A DNA stretch of 64,000 nucleotides from Firmicutes bacterium UBA4795 (GCA_002402825.1 DHGP01000006.1:1613-65612), one strand, 5' to 3'; positions 10,567 to 22,110 are shown, counted from the stretch's first letter. Numbers and translations are program-made. Notes: a model not told the origin generated them from the letters alone.

Positions 10567-11938
10567 TCCGGCTATATTTCGGGAATATGATATTCGGGGT
10601 GTGGCGGATACGGATTTAACCGACGGGCTGGTTTTTCAGCTGGGTAAAGCATTTGGTACTTATCTTAAGCAGTTTAATGACCAGCGCGTATTAGTGGGCC
10701 GGGATAATCGCCCCAGCTCCCCGCGTTTATTTGCTGCCTTAGCCAGGGGATTAATTTCTACGGGCTGCGAGGTAACCAGTATAGGTACAGTAATTACCCC
10801 CATTACTTATTATGCCCGTATCCTTTACGGTATTAGCGGCGCCGCAATGATTACCGGCAGTCATAACCCCTCTCCGGAAAATGGCTTTAAATTAGCCGCT
10901 GGTGGTCCAGGTACTCTTTACGGTGAAGAAATTCAGGCTCTGCGCCGTTTAATGGAGAATGGAAAATTTGTTTCCGGAAGCGGCAAATTAAAACAAGCTA
11001 ACCCGGTACCAAATTACCTGAAGACGTTGACCGAAAAAATCAAGTTGGGCCCCCGTAAACTTAAGGTAGTGGTAGATTGTGGCAATGGAACGGCCGGATA
11101 TTTTGCCGAGGATTTTTTATTTTCCCTGGGCTGTGAGGTTACCCCGCTTTATTGCCAGCCTGACGGTAGTTTTCCCAACCATCACCCCGACCCGGTAAAG
11201 AGAGCTAATTTGGTGGATTTAATCAAAACAGCTCTCGCCACCGGGGCTGATTTAGGGATAGCTTTTGATGGTGACGCCGACCGTATAGGGGTAGTGGATG
11301 ACCGCGGGCGCGTTATTTGGGGAGACCAGTTAATGGCTCTTTTCTGGCGCGAAATTTTGCCCAAAAATCCTGGGGCCACGGCTATCATTGAAGTTAAATG
11401 TTCCCAAGCGCTGGTTGATGAAGTGAAAAAATTAGGCGGCATCCCTGTTTTTTACCGTACCGGGCATTCTTTAATTAAAGCCAAAATGCGGGAATTAAAC
11501 GCTGTTTTTACGGGAGAAATGTCCGGGCACCTGTTTTTTGCCGATGAGTATTTTGGCTACGATGATGCTTTTTACGCCGCCGGTCGTCTGTTACGGATTC
11601 TTTCTCATGACAACCAAAAATTATCCGAACTGATTGATACCTTACCGCAATACTTTTCTACGGCTGAAACAAGGGTACCGTGTAGTGATTCAGAAAAATT
11701 TACCGTAGTAAAAAAATTAACCGGTTTATTTAAACAACAGTATGAAGTTATTGACGTGGATGGGGTAAGAGTGCAATTTCCTGACGGGTGGGGTTTAGTA
11801 CGGGCATCAAACACCCAGGCCGTATTGGTAGCGCGCTGTGAAGCCAAAACTAAGGAAGGGTTGGCTCAGATTACAAAAGTCATGAAAGATGCTTTATTGA
11901 GTCAGCCCGAGGTAAGTAATTTTGACTGGGAATATTAA
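10553..11938 (+). CDS. Phosphomannomutase/phosphoglucomutase
   Basis: IFREYDIRG, ITGSHNP, AFDGDADR, GEMSGH, VRASNT. Confidence 0.95.
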   Translation: MIKFNPAIFREYDIRGVADTDLTDGLVFQLGKAFGTYLKQFNDQRVLVGRDNRPSSPRLFAALARGLISTGCEVTSIGTVITPITYYARILYGISGAAMITGSHNPSPENGFKLAAGGPGTLYGEEIQALRRLMENGKFVSGSGKLKQANPVPNYLKTLTEKIKLGPRKLKVVVDCGNGTAGYFAEDFLFSLGCEVTPLYCQPDGSFPNHHPDPVKRANLVDLIKTALATGADLGIAFDGDADRIGVVDDRGRVIWGDQLMALFWREILPKNPGATAIIEVKCSQALVDEVKKLGGIPVFYRTGHSLIKAKMRELNAVFTGEMSGHLFFADEYFGYDDAFYAAGRLLRILSHDNQKLSELIDTLPQYFSTAETRVPCSDSEKFTVVKKLTGLFKQQYEVIDVDGVRVQFPDGWGLVRASNTQAVLVARCEAKTKEGLAQITKVMKDALLSQPEVSNFDWEY

Positions 11939-11945
11939 TTAAAAA

Positions 11946-12377
11946 AGTGAGTAAACCTGTAAGCCGGGTTCTGTCAAGGGTGATCATCTATCTAGAACGA
12001 CAGTTACCTGCCGCCTCAAGCGACCTTACCCGGGAATTAAAGCGGGCCACTTGTTATTCCCCTATTTGGTCTTGCTCCAGGTGGGGTTTACCTAGCCGGC
12101 CGGTCACCCGGCCGCTGGTACGCTTTTACCGCACCGTTGCACCCTTACCTATTCGGTCATCAGTCGTCGGACGTCAGTCGTCAGGAAAAAATAACTTAAT
12201 TTACCTGCTACCTGGCATCCGCCAACTGATGACTGAAAAGGCGGTCTTCATTTCTGTGGCACTTTCCTTAGGGTTGCCCCCACTGGGTGTTACCCAGCAC
12301 CCTGCCCTGTGGAGCCCGGACTTTCCTCAGGTGTAATCTTTAAAAAATCACACCCGCGATCACCTGGTTTACTCACT
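11946..12377 (-). ncRNA. rnpB: RNase P RNA (type A) with expanded P12
   Basis: Minus strand GAGGAAAGTCCGGGCTCC, AGTGCCACAGAAA, GGTAAACCCC, ACAGAACCCGGCTTA; P1 pairing of the AGTGAGTAAACC ends. Confidence 0.96.
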
Positions 12378-12447
12378 CTTTGTATTTATTTTATAATAGA
12401 AATGATAATTTTACAACAACTTACGATTAGGTGATGATTTATGTTTT

Positions 12448-12843
12448 TTAAACTACGTTATTTTTAACGTAATCAACCACTAAGTTTACCTCAACCTTCA
12501 AAGAAAATACCTCGTTTACTCCCAAATTCTTAAAGTAAGTTATTTCTTCCGGGGGTATATCGGCGCCAACAATAACTAAAAAATCTTTCGTTTTTTCTTT
12601 TTGTAAGATATTTAACGTTTCAACAATCAATGGCTTGCTTTCTGGAGTTAAAAGGTTTAAACCAGTAACGTCAACATCTTCTTGAAGGGCTGTTTTATAT
12701 ATGGCCTGAGGGGTTTGGTTTCCTATATATACGACCTCCATACCTGCATCTCGCAACGCCATGGTTACTTTAGCGCCTTTCCAATGCCCGTCAAAGCCTG
12801 GATTGGCAATTAAAACCCTGATCTTTTTTTCCCTTGCTTTCAT
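12448..12843 (-). CDS. Stand-alone cobalamin-binding domain (methylmalonyl-CoA mutase C-terminal type), diverged
   Basis: PGFDGHWKGAK..ALRDAGMEVVYIG, ALQEDVDV. Confidence 0.82.
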   Translation of the reverse strand: MKAREKKIRVLIANPGFDGHWKGAKVTMALRDAGMEVVYIGNQTPQAIYKTALQEDVDVTGLNLLTPESKPLIVETLNILQKEKTKDFLVIVGADIPPEEITYFKNLGVNEVFSLKVEVNLVVDYVKNNVV

Positions 12844-12904
12844 TTTTTCTCTTTCTCCCCCCGTACTTTAAATCATTAAATTTAGATACTTAAAAATAGC
12901 ATTT

Positions 12905-13618
12905 TTATTCTATTCTGTCAAGTTTGCCATAGCAATGTGCTAGTAGTTGGTTTAACTTACTTATTATAGTTGCTAATGCTCCCCCTTTTTTTAAATGAAC
13001 TGGATTTTGACTGCTGGCCAGTTCATTAAGGATACGTTGGTAAATTTGAATTTGCTTTTCCAGGTAGGCCGGTAACAATGGATCGTTTTTTTCTACCAAC
13101 CGGGGACCTACGGCTAATAACAGTTTGTCTTGAATAACCTCAATGCCTGGTTCCGCAGCCATAACCGGGTAAATATGACCCTTTTCTTCTACTAATACTT
13201 CATCAACCAGGCGCCAATTGTTTTGGGTCAGCCAGCAACGTAAATCACCGGCTCTGGTAGCGGGTTGCAAGACCAGCCTTTTTACCCGGCTTAACACGTT
13301 TGGCGCCCGGGATAACAATTGGCAAATAGTATTTCCCCCCATGCCAGCTATGACTACTATTTCCGCTTCACCAGGCTTCAAAACAAGCAGACCGTTTCCT
13401 TGACGCAATTCAATTTTTTTCTTTTCGTTAAATAAGGCAACTATAAAACAAGCTATTTGATAAGGTCCTAAATTATATTCCGTGGCAATTACCCGGGGGC
13501 AGCGCTTTGTTTTTACCAGGTAAAGGGGCAACTGGAGGTGGCCAGTGCCAATGTCCGCCACAATTTTACCAGGTGTTACGTAGTTAACTATGGCGCTTAA
13601 GCGTTTAGTTAAACGCAA
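12905..13618 (-). CDS. trmK: tRNA m1A22 methyltransferase TrmK
   Basis: RLSAI..VADIGT.H, RQGNGL, IAGMGG, LVLQP. Confidence 0.85.
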   Translation of the reverse strand: MRLTKRLSAIVNYVTPGKIVADIGTGHLQLPLYLVKTKRCPRVIATEYNLGPYQIACFIVALFNEKKKIELRQGNGLLVLKPGEAEIVVIAGMGGNTICQLLSRAPNVLSRVKRLVLQPATRAGDLRCWLTQNNWRLVDEVLVEEKGHIYPVMAAEPGIEVIQDKLLLAVGPRLVEKNDPLLPAYLEKQIQIYQRILNELASSQNPVHLKKGGALATIISKLNQLLAHCYGKLDRIE

Positions 13619-13669
13619 AGCATAACCTCCGTCTAATCAATATCTAATGTTTTAATTTAATTTCTTCTT

Positions 13670-14215
13670 TTAGGAATAATCCTGCTCTTCTTCCGGCAGG
13701 GCCTCCCCGCCATAATAAGAGCCTGCTCCTGCTTCAGCCGCATGTTCGCCATAAGGGGTAACTTCTTGCCAGGCATCCTCAAAATCATCAGCCAAAGCTT
13801 GTCGGGATATTTTTTTGATCACTTCCTCTTCTATCGGGCGGCCGGAAGAGGGTGCTTTTTGTTCATTTTCTGTCTTGCAAGAATAGCAAAGGGTTGTATA
13901 AGGCATTGCCTCAAGTCTTTTTAGAGAAATTTGTTGGCCGCAAATTTCACATTTGCCGTAACTACCATTTTCTATTTTGGCCAAAGCATCATCAATGGCT
14001 TTAATCTTTATTTTATTATCTTCCCGGAAGGCAAAATCTTTGCTTCGTTCAAAAACTTCCGAGCCAATATCCGCCGGGTTATTATCAGCTAAAGAAAGTT
14101 CACCCGTCGAATCGCGCAATGAGGCGGCTAAACCGGTTTTATTCAGCGAATCTATTCTTTCTAGCAGGCGTATTTTTTCTTCTTCTAAACGTTGGCGCAT
14201 TTGCCGTAAGTCCAC
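13670..14215 (-). CDS. TraR/DksA C4 zinc finger, YteA-type sporulation protein
   Basis: STGELSLADNNPADIGSE, YGKCEICG...RLEAMP...CYSC, RPIEEEV. Confidence 0.85.
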   Translation of the reverse strand: MDLRQMRQRLEEEKIRLLERIDSLNKTGLAASLRDSTGELSLADNNPADIGSEVFERSKDFAFREDNKIKIKAIDDALAKIENGSYGKCEICGQQISLKRLEAMPYTTLCYSCKTENEQKAPSSGRPIEEEVIKKISRQALADDFEDAWQEVTPYGEHAAEAGAGSYYGGEALPEEEQDYS

Positions 14216-14286
14216 GGTAAAAACCTCCTTATAACGGATAATAGTAACTATTCAGTGGTTACGGATAATATCTAAATTCTGGTTTC

Positions 14287-14586
14287 TTAGCGGGCCAGGT
14301 TAGTTTGCACAATAGTTACAATTTCAGCAATAAATTTGCCAATTACAGGTAAATTGAGGGCCACTATACGCTGCAGTATATAAATAATAACTGCGCCCAG
14401 GATGGCAAAGCCGACCGCAATGCCCAAGCCCCGGGCAACTCCGGCGATAAAATTAATATATAAAAGACGCCTGGGATTTTCCAGTAAATTGACGTACTCC
14501 GCCAGTTTCATTTTTTCCATATTTAAGGCTAACTCATTTATTTGGTGGCGTAGCATTTCCAGCCAGTGATTTTCTTTCTCTTCCAC
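14287..14586 (-). CDS. DUF5665-like membrane protein
   Basis: EKMKLAEYV..L..PRRL...NFIAGVARGLG, NLPVIG. Confidence 0.8.
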   Translation of the reverse strand: MEEKENHWLEMLRHQINELALNMEKMKLAEYVNLLENPRRLLYINFIAGVARGLGIAVGFAILGAVIIYILQRIVALNLPVIGKFIAEIVTIVQTNLAR

Positions 14587-14676
14587 TTTTATTCACCTTT
14601 TCCTTTAAGCTAAAAAATAATTTACCCCCGAATACAATTATTTAAACGTGACCAGGTTAATCCTTAGCTTATATTA

Positions 14677-14704
14677 AAAAGGGTAATATTAATATTACCC
14701 TTTT
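14677..14704. terminator. Perfect 28-bp palindrome, probable terminator after secF
   Basis: AAAAGGGTAATATTAATATTACCCTTTT. Confidence 0.55.
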
Positions 14705-14748
14705 CTTAAAAAGCTAAAAACTTTATTTTATAACCCCAAAAAAGTTTT

Positions 14749-15624
14749 TTAGGCTAATTTTTCCTTTAGTTCTAGCCTTTTTAAATCAAACCAAATTGGG
14801 CTGGCGTTGCAAATTGAAGAATAAGCCCCACTGATAACCCCGGTTAAAAGGGCCAGCACAAAGGTGTGAATGGTACTGCCACCAAAAAAATAAAGCGCTA
14901 CCAGCACAAAAATAACGGTAAGCACCGTATTAATTGAACGGGTCAAGGTTTGCCACAGGCTAAAATTAATTGTGTCTTCCAAATCTTCGTCCTTTCTACG
15001 TGTCTTTAAATTTTCCCGGATGCGGTCAAAAATTACAATGGTATCGTTAATTGAATAACCAACAATGGTTAAAATAGCCGCCACAAAAGTACTGTCAATT
15101 TCAATTTGGAAAAGGGAAAAAATACCAGCAACTACCAGCACATCGTGTAAAAGAGCTATAACCGCGGCTATTCCTTGTTTAAATTCAAAGCGGATGGTAA
15201 TGTAAATGACCATTAAAATAGCCGCGCCAATAAGCGCCAGCAAAGCATTACGGGTTAGTTCCCGGCCAATTATTGGCCCTACATATTCGTTACGCAAAAC
15301 AGTCATTTGGCTTAATTTACCTAAAGCTTTTTGCAAATTAGCGCTTTCTTCCTGACTTAAAGTTTTGGTGCGGATTAAATAGGTTACTTTTCCATTTTCC
15401 TGGCCACTTTTTTGAATTCCCCGGCTGGTTTCGATTCCAAGGCCGGCTATAACCCGCCTTACTTTTTCCACGGCTACCGGATGCTCAAAACGAACCTCTA
15501 AAATATTGCCTCCCGTAAAATCAATCCCTAAGTTTAGACCATTTGTAAAAAGGGAAATAAGTCCCGGGATAATAATTACCAGCGAAATAAGGTACCATAT
15601 TTTCCGTAGTTTTATGAAGTGCAA
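14749..15624 (-). CDS. secF: Protein translocase subunit SecF
   Basis: LGIDFTGG, GYSINDTIVIFDRIREN. Confidence 0.96.
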   Translation of the reverse strand: MHFIKLRKIWYLISLVIIIPGLISLFTNGLNLGIDFTGGNILEVRFEHPVAVEKVRRVIAGLGIETSRGIQKSGQENGKVTYLIRTKTLSQEESANLQKALGKLSQMTVLRNEYVGPIIGRELTRNALLALIGAAILMVIYITIRFEFKQGIAAVIALLHDVLVVAGIFSLFQIEIDSTFVAAILTIVGYSINDTIVIFDRIRENLKTRRKDEDLEDTINFSLWQTLTRSINTVLTVIFVLVALYFFGGSTIHTFVLALLTGVISGAYSSICNASPIWFDLKRLELKEKLA

Positions 15625-15641
15625 AGATACCCTGTCCTCCT

Positions 15642-16889
15642 TTATGTTCCGTAATACTTAAGGTTTTTAAAAAGACCGCTGTCAACCACCAGGTGCAAAA
15701 GCCACCGGGTCATGGTCACGGCCGTAAACAAACTGACCAAAATACCGATGCCTAAAGTAAGGGCAAAACCCCGGACAGGCCCGGTGCCAAAAAAGTAAAG
15801 GATAATAGCCGCAATTAGCGTAGTTACCTGAGCGTCAAAAACAGCCGCAAAGCCCCGTTTAAAGCCGGCGTCAATGGCTGCCCGCAGGCTTTTTCCGGTG
15901 CGCAATTCTTCCTTAAAGCGCTCAAAAATAATAATATTTGTATCTACCGCCATGCCTAAAGAAAGCAAGAAGGCGGCAATACCTGGCAGGGTCATGGTGG
16001 CTTTTAGTCCTAAAAAAACAAGCGTAACAATGATGGCGTAAATAATTAAGGCAAAAACAGCTACCGTTCCGGGAAGACGATAATACATAAGCATAAAAAT
16101 TAATATGGCAATTAAACCCATTAAACCGGCTTGCTGGGACTTGTCCAAAGAATCAGCCCCCAAGGAAGGGCCTACAGTACGCATTTCTTCAATCCCTACC
16201 TTTACCGGCAAAGCACCGGAACGAAGTAAAATAGCTTCATTATGGGCTTCTTCCAAAGATTCATAACCACCGGATATTTCAGCCCGCCCGCTGGGAATGG
16301 CTTCTTTAACCACCGGGTTTGTTAACAATCGACCGTCCAGGTAAATGCCAATTGTTTTTCCTACGTTAGCGGCCGTTACTTCCGCAAATTTGCGCGCCCC
16401 CAGCGGGGTGAAAGTCAAATCAACCTTTACCTTATTGGAAGCTGGGTCTTTTGCCTCCCGGGCGTCTTTTAAATCAGCACCCGTTAGTACTGTTTTACTG
16501 TCTTCGGTTTTAAATTCCAAATTGGCTACCTTTACAATATTCCGGACGGCTTCTTCCGGGTTTTTAATGCCGGCCAGTTCCACAATCAAACGGCGGCTGC
16601 CCTGCTGTTGAATTACCGGTTCGGATACCCCAAACTGGTCCACCCGGCGTTCAATAACCGCCCTTAACTGCTTCATCTTGTCCGGCGTTATTTCTTCCGG
16701 CGGGCCTTTAGCCTCAATTACCACGTGGACGCCGCCCCGTAAATCTAACCCCAGGTTTATGTTTTTAACTAAAGGCAAATGTTTATTAAGAAATTCGTTT
16801 GATTTAAACAAAGGAGTAAAAGAGACAAGCAGGGCTAAAATTATAACCACGAATAGGCCGGCTATTTGAAGCATTTTATTTTTTTGCAC
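15642..16889 (-). CDS. secD: Protein translocase subunit SecD
   Basis: LGLDLRGG, LRSGALP, GMAVDTNIIIFER; GTG 16889 with SD. Confidence 0.95.
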   Translation of the reverse strand: MQKNKMLQIAGLFVVIILALLVSFTPLFKSNEFLNKHLPLVKNINLGLDLRGGVHVVIEAKGPPEEITPDKMKQLRAVIERRVDQFGVSEPVIQQQGSRRLIVELAGIKNPEEAVRNIVKVANLEFKTEDSKTVLTGADLKDAREAKDPASNKVKVDLTFTPLGARKFAEVTAANVGKTIGIYLDGRLLTNPVVKEAIPSGRAEISGGYESLEEAHNEAILLRSGALPVKVGIEEMRTVGPSLGADSLDKSQQAGLMGLIAILIFMLMYYRLPGTVAVFALIIYAIIVTLVFLGLKATMTLPGIAAFLLSLGMAVDTNIIIFERFKEELRTGKSLRAAIDAGFKRGFAAVFDAQVTTLIAAIILYFFGTGPVRGFALTLGIGILVSLFTAVTMTRWLLHLVVDSGLFKNLKYYGT

Positions 16890-16908
16890 GCTATTTCCCT
16901 CTTTCTTT

Positions 16909-17169
16909 TTACTTACGAATTTGCGCCACGGCATTTTTTAAAATTTCAATTTGCGTATTTTCAGCCACCCGAATTATGACCGTATCTTCTTTAAATTTAA
17001 CCACCGTGCCTAAAATTCCCCCAATGGTTACAATAGCATCATTTACCTTTAACTGGCGAATCATTTCCTGATGCCTTTTTTGACGTTGCTGTTGGGGACG
17101 AATAAAAAGAAAATATAACAGGGCAAATAAAATTACCAGGTATAAGATTACCGTAATTTGCTGGTTCAT
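16909..17169 (-). CDS. yajC: Preprotein translocase subunit YajC
   Basis: FIRPQQQRQK, VTIGGILG. Confidence 0.95.
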   Translation of the reverse strand: MNQQITVILYLVILFALLYFLFIRPQQQRQKRHQEMIRQLKVNDAIVTIGGILGTVVKFKEDTVIIRVAENTQIEILKNAVAQIRK

Positions 17170-17272
17170 AGTTAACTAAAAACCCCTTTCTTTATTTATG
17201 TTTATTTAATTCGTGTTTTATGTTTAATTTCCTTTATTTAAAAACTAAAAAATTTTTAATCCATAAATTGGA

Positions 17273-18900
<1,628 letters not shown>

Positions 18901-18902
18901 TT

Positions 18903-19685
18903 TTATTCAATAATCGCCCTATCTCCTACTTGCACTAGGAGAGTTGATGCGGCGGACCCGCTTTTAACGGATATTTCCAGCGTGCCGTTAGAACCGGTGA
19001 TTAAAAATAAAATATTAGCCGGAGCCAGGGCATAAGCAGGATAATAAGGTAACTTTAAGGTAAAATAAATTTTCCCGCCTCTCATTAGCTTTACCATGTA
19101 ACTTTGACGGCTAAGTAAAGGAGGCACATTCGTTATTACGTTACCAAACCGGTCAATAGTAACTACTTCCCCACATCGTTCGGCCAGGTAAAAGTTAAGC
19201 TTAATTTCAGGTTCTCCAGGTTTACCCAGTTTATGAAAAGGCACACCCGCGGCTAATTTTGCCGCTGCGGGTGCAAAAATGTCCCGGCCGTGAAAGGTAA
19301 AGCTGACGTCTTTTGGGACGCTAAGCTCAATTACTTTTATAATACCTGCTTTAACCGACGCCGGGTATAATAAACCATTATCAGGGCCAATGAAGTAACA
19401 AACCTCCGTTTTTATCGCCAAAGCTTTCCGTCTTGTTCCTACACCTGGGTCAATAATGGCCAAAAAGATACTATCTTTAGGAAAATAAGGGTAGTTAGCC
19501 AGAAGAAGCCAGGCTCCTTCACGAATGTTTTGGGGAGTTACGTGATGAGCCAGGTCAATTAATTGAGCCCGGGGACAGACAGAAAGAATAATCCCTTTCA
19601 TAACCCCCACGTAAGGGTCCCACCCAAAATCAGTAAGAAGAACAATCGCGGGTACTTTTGGCCACTTGGCAATCCAGCTTGCCAT
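18903..19685 (-). CDS. SAM hydroxide adenosyltransferase/chlorinase-fluorinase family (DUF62)
   Basis: LLTDFG, IDPGVGT.R, GPDNG, TFHGRDIFAP, DRFGN; start uncertain. Confidence 0.9.
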   Translation of the reverse strand: MASWIAKWPKVPAIVLLTDFGWDPYVGVMKGIILSVCPRAQLIDLAHHVTPQNIREGAWLLLANYPYFPKDSIFLAIIDPGVGTRRKALAIKTEVCYFIGPDNGLLYPASVKAGIIKVIELSVPKDVSFTFHGRDIFAPAAAKLAAGVPFHKLGKPGEPEIKLNFYLAERCGEVVTIDRFGNVITNVPPLLSRQSYMVKLMRGGKIYFTLKLPYYPAYALAPANILFLITGSNGTLEISVKSGSAASTLLVQVGDRAIIE

Positions 19686-20853
19686 GAAACAACCTAACTT
19701 CAACCTTATCTCCCTCTTTAACCGCTGCAGCGTCACGCAGTACCTCCGTGGGGTCCTTGCGAAGGCATATACTATAGCCTCTAGCCAGAGTAGCCAGAGG
19801 GCTCAGGGTCTTTAGCCGGCCAGCTTGTACGGCTAAGTGTCTTTCCCTTTCCTCGCCCTGCCTTTTAATGGCGTTTTTTAAACGCTGCACGGTAAAATCT
19901 ATTATTTGTTCCTGCCTGCCGCAAATTTCCTGGACCGGTCTACGGAAAACCGGCCGTAGTAAATAACTATTCAACTGCTGCCGGCGTTGGTTTAAGTATT
20001 GTTTCATTATTTGCCCCAGACGGTTTTGCAGCCTGGCAACCCGCTCGTAAATATCCTTTTTTACCGGTACTACCAGTTCAGCGGCGGCCGATGGCGTGGG
20101 AGCCCGCAAATCAGCCGTAAAATCAGAAATGGTAAAATCTGTTTCGTGACCCACCGCCGAGATAACCGGTACTTGAGCTTGAAAAATACTGTAGGCTACT
20201 TCTGGAGTATTAAAAGCCCATAATTCTTCCAAGGAGCCTCCGCCGCGACCCACAATCATTACATCAACATTGCCCAACTGGTTAAGATTAAAAATACCCT
20301 GGGCTATTTCCCCAGGAGCTGTTTCTCCTTGAACGGCAACCGGTACAAAAATAATTTCCACCCCTGGCCAACGGCGGTTAATAATCCCAATCATGTCTTG
20401 AATCACTGCCCCCGTAGGGGAAGTAACCAGACCAATTTTGCGCGGAAATAAAGGGAGCTTCTTTTTATGCCGGGCGTCAAATAATCCTTCCTGGCGTAAT
20501 TTCTCTTTTAAACGATTAAAGGCCAGGTATAAAGCTCCTGTCCCATCGGGTTCCATTTCTTCAGCGTACAGCTGGTAAATACCGTTTCGTTCAAATATAG
20601 TGACGTAACCACGTACCCGTACTGCCAGACCGTCTTCTGGCAAAAAGTTAAGTTTACGGACGCGTGAGTTAAACATTACCGTCCGGAGGCAACTATCCTG
20701 GTCTTTTAAAGTAAAATAAAGGTGGCCGCTAACGGCCTGCTTGTAATTGGAAATTTCTCCCCTTATCCAAACGTTACCCAATAATGGGTCACGCTCAAAA
20801 ATTTCCTTTAAATATTTGGACAGTTCACTAACCGAATAAACAGGTATGTTTAC
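19630..20853 (-). CDS. xseA: Exodeoxyribonuclease VII large subunit (probable non-canonical start)
   Basis: GEISN, SGHLYFTLKD, GRGGGSLEELWAFN, GHETD, PTPSAAAE; conserved YSVSEL N-terminus lies upstream of the first TTG. Confidence 0.95.
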   Translation of the reverse strand, partial: VNIPVYSVSELSKYLKEIFERDPLLGNVWIRGEISNYKQAVSGHLYFTLKDQDSCLRTVMFNSRVRKLNFLPEDGLAVRVRGYVTIFERNGIYQLYAEEMEPDGTGALYLAFNRLKEKLRQEGLFDARHKKKLPLFPRKIGLVTSPTGAVIQDMIGIINRRWPGVEIIFVPVAVQGETAPGEIAQGIFNLNQLGNVDVMIVGRGGGSLEELWAFNTPEVAYSIFQAQVPVISAVGHETDFTISDFTADLRAPTPSAAAELVVPVKKDIYERVARLQNRLGQIMKQYLNQRRQQLNSYLLRPVFRRPVQEICGRQEQIIDFTVQRLKNAIKRQGEERERHLAVQAGRLKTLSPLATLARGYSICLRKDPTEVLRDAAAVKEGDKVEVRLFHGKLDCQVAKSTRDCSSY

Positions 20854-20864
20854 TTTCGTCCTTC

Positions 20865-21305
20865 CTAAGGATTTATTTTATTTCTTAAAGGATGGTAAGA
20901 CGCGATGTTTTGTACTATTTTACCTAAAATACCATTAACAAACCGGCTGGACTCTAGACCACCATAAGTTTTTGCCAGTTCAACGGCTTCATTTACGGAT
21001 ACCTCGGGGGGAATATCTTCCCGAAAAAATATTTCAAATAAAGCCAAACGCATAATATTTAAATCCACCTTCCCCAACCGGTTAAGCTGCCAGTCCTGAC
21101 TTAAAAGGGCAATTACCTGGTCAATATCCGCCAAATATTGCCGCGTTCCGTTAACCAAGGCGCAGATAAATTCCTTTTCTTTTTCGCGCGGTTCAACATT
21201 TAATTCCTGAATGGTATGGAAGATGGCTTTTGCCGGAGCGATTTGCCCCACGTCCATTTGAAATAACACCAAAAAAGCCAGTTCCCTGGCCTGTTTTCTA
21301 CTCAT
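20865..21305 (-). CDS. nusB: Transcription antitermination factor NusB
   Basis: MSRKQARE, NEAVELAKTYG, FVNGIL. Confidence 0.96.
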   Translation of the reverse strand: MSRKQARELAFLVLFQMDVGQIAPAKAIFHTIQELNVEPREKEKEFICALVNGTRQYLADIDQVIALLSQDWQLNRLGKVDLNIMRLALFEIFFREDIPPEVSVNEAVELAKTYGGLESSRFVNGILGKIVQNIASYHPLRNKINP

Positions 21306-21332
21306 GCTTAGTCTCCTAAAAACTGCCTATAG

Positions 21333-21554
21333 CTATTTTTCCCGGGAAAAAAGCCGGGTAAAAATATCTTTAAAATTAGCCCGTTCATCCAGGTGCTTAC
21401 CAAGGTAATAACCAGCAAGAACACACAGCACAATAAAAATAGCCTTAAATATACCGCAAAAAATGGCCAATAAGCCAAAAATCAACCCGAGTATTATCCC
21501 CATTATCTTCCCCTGGTGTTTATCCCATATTTCAAGCCATAAATTTAAGTCCAT
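21333..21554 (-). CDS. DUF2273 small membrane protein
   Basis: GKIMG..LG, G.FKA.FI, GYYLG; usual asp23-amaP-DUF2273-nusB synteny. Confidence 0.8.
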   Translation of the reverse strand: MDLNLWLEIWDKHQGKIMGIILGLIFGLLAIFCGIFKAIFIVLCVLAGYYLGKHLDERANFKDIFTRLFSREK

Positions 21555-21576
21555 GACCTACCCCTCGTTTTAATCT

Positions 21577-22110
21577 TTATTCTACCCGCAATTTTTTAGC
21601 CGCGATACTGTTGATTAAAATAGACACTTCCTGAACGGTAATACCAGTTATCTCCAGTACCTTTTCTTTTACCTTTTCTTGAATAACCCTTGATATTTCT
21701 GGAATTTGTATATCCGGGGTAACAGCAGCCCGCATTTTAATCCCGATTCCCTGAGGTACGGTGGTTACCTGAGCTTTAATTTCTCTTACCCCACTGTTTT
21801 GAGCCACTGTTTTTTCCACCAGGTTTTCAATGGCCGGTATGGCTACCCGTACTTTTCCTAGGGCCCCATTCTGAACCACAATCTGTTTTTTGCGCTCTGG
21901 CTTAACACTAACCCAAAAAAGCCGGATACCAATTAAAATAAAAAACCCCAGAAAAATAAACACCGCTCTGGAATCCAGGAGCAAATTATTTTCCCAAAGA
22001 AAAAGATAAGAGGCGCGTATCCACCCTGCTTCCCAAATAACAGTTATAACTAAAATAATAGTAAGGCAAAAAGAATAAATAACCAACAGAACCCGGTCAA
22101 AGGGCCTCAT
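21577..22110 (-). CDS. amaP: Alkaline shock response membrane anchor AmaP
   Basis: Two TM segments plus Asp23-like C-terminus (VLEITGI.V.EV.I); synteny. Confidence 0.8.
   Translation of the reverse strand: MRPFDRVLLVIYSFCLTIILVITVIWEAGWIRASYLFLWENNLLLDSRAVFIFLGFFILIGIRLFWVSVKPERKKQIVVQNGALGKVRVAIPAIENLVEKTVAQNSGVREIKAQVTTVPQGIGIKMRAAVTPDIQIPEISRVIQEKVKEKVLEITGITVQEVSILINSIAAKKLRVE

Noticed and set aside
11947-12336. 129-aa plus-strand ORF
   Set aside because: Antisense to rnpB, a common spurious call.
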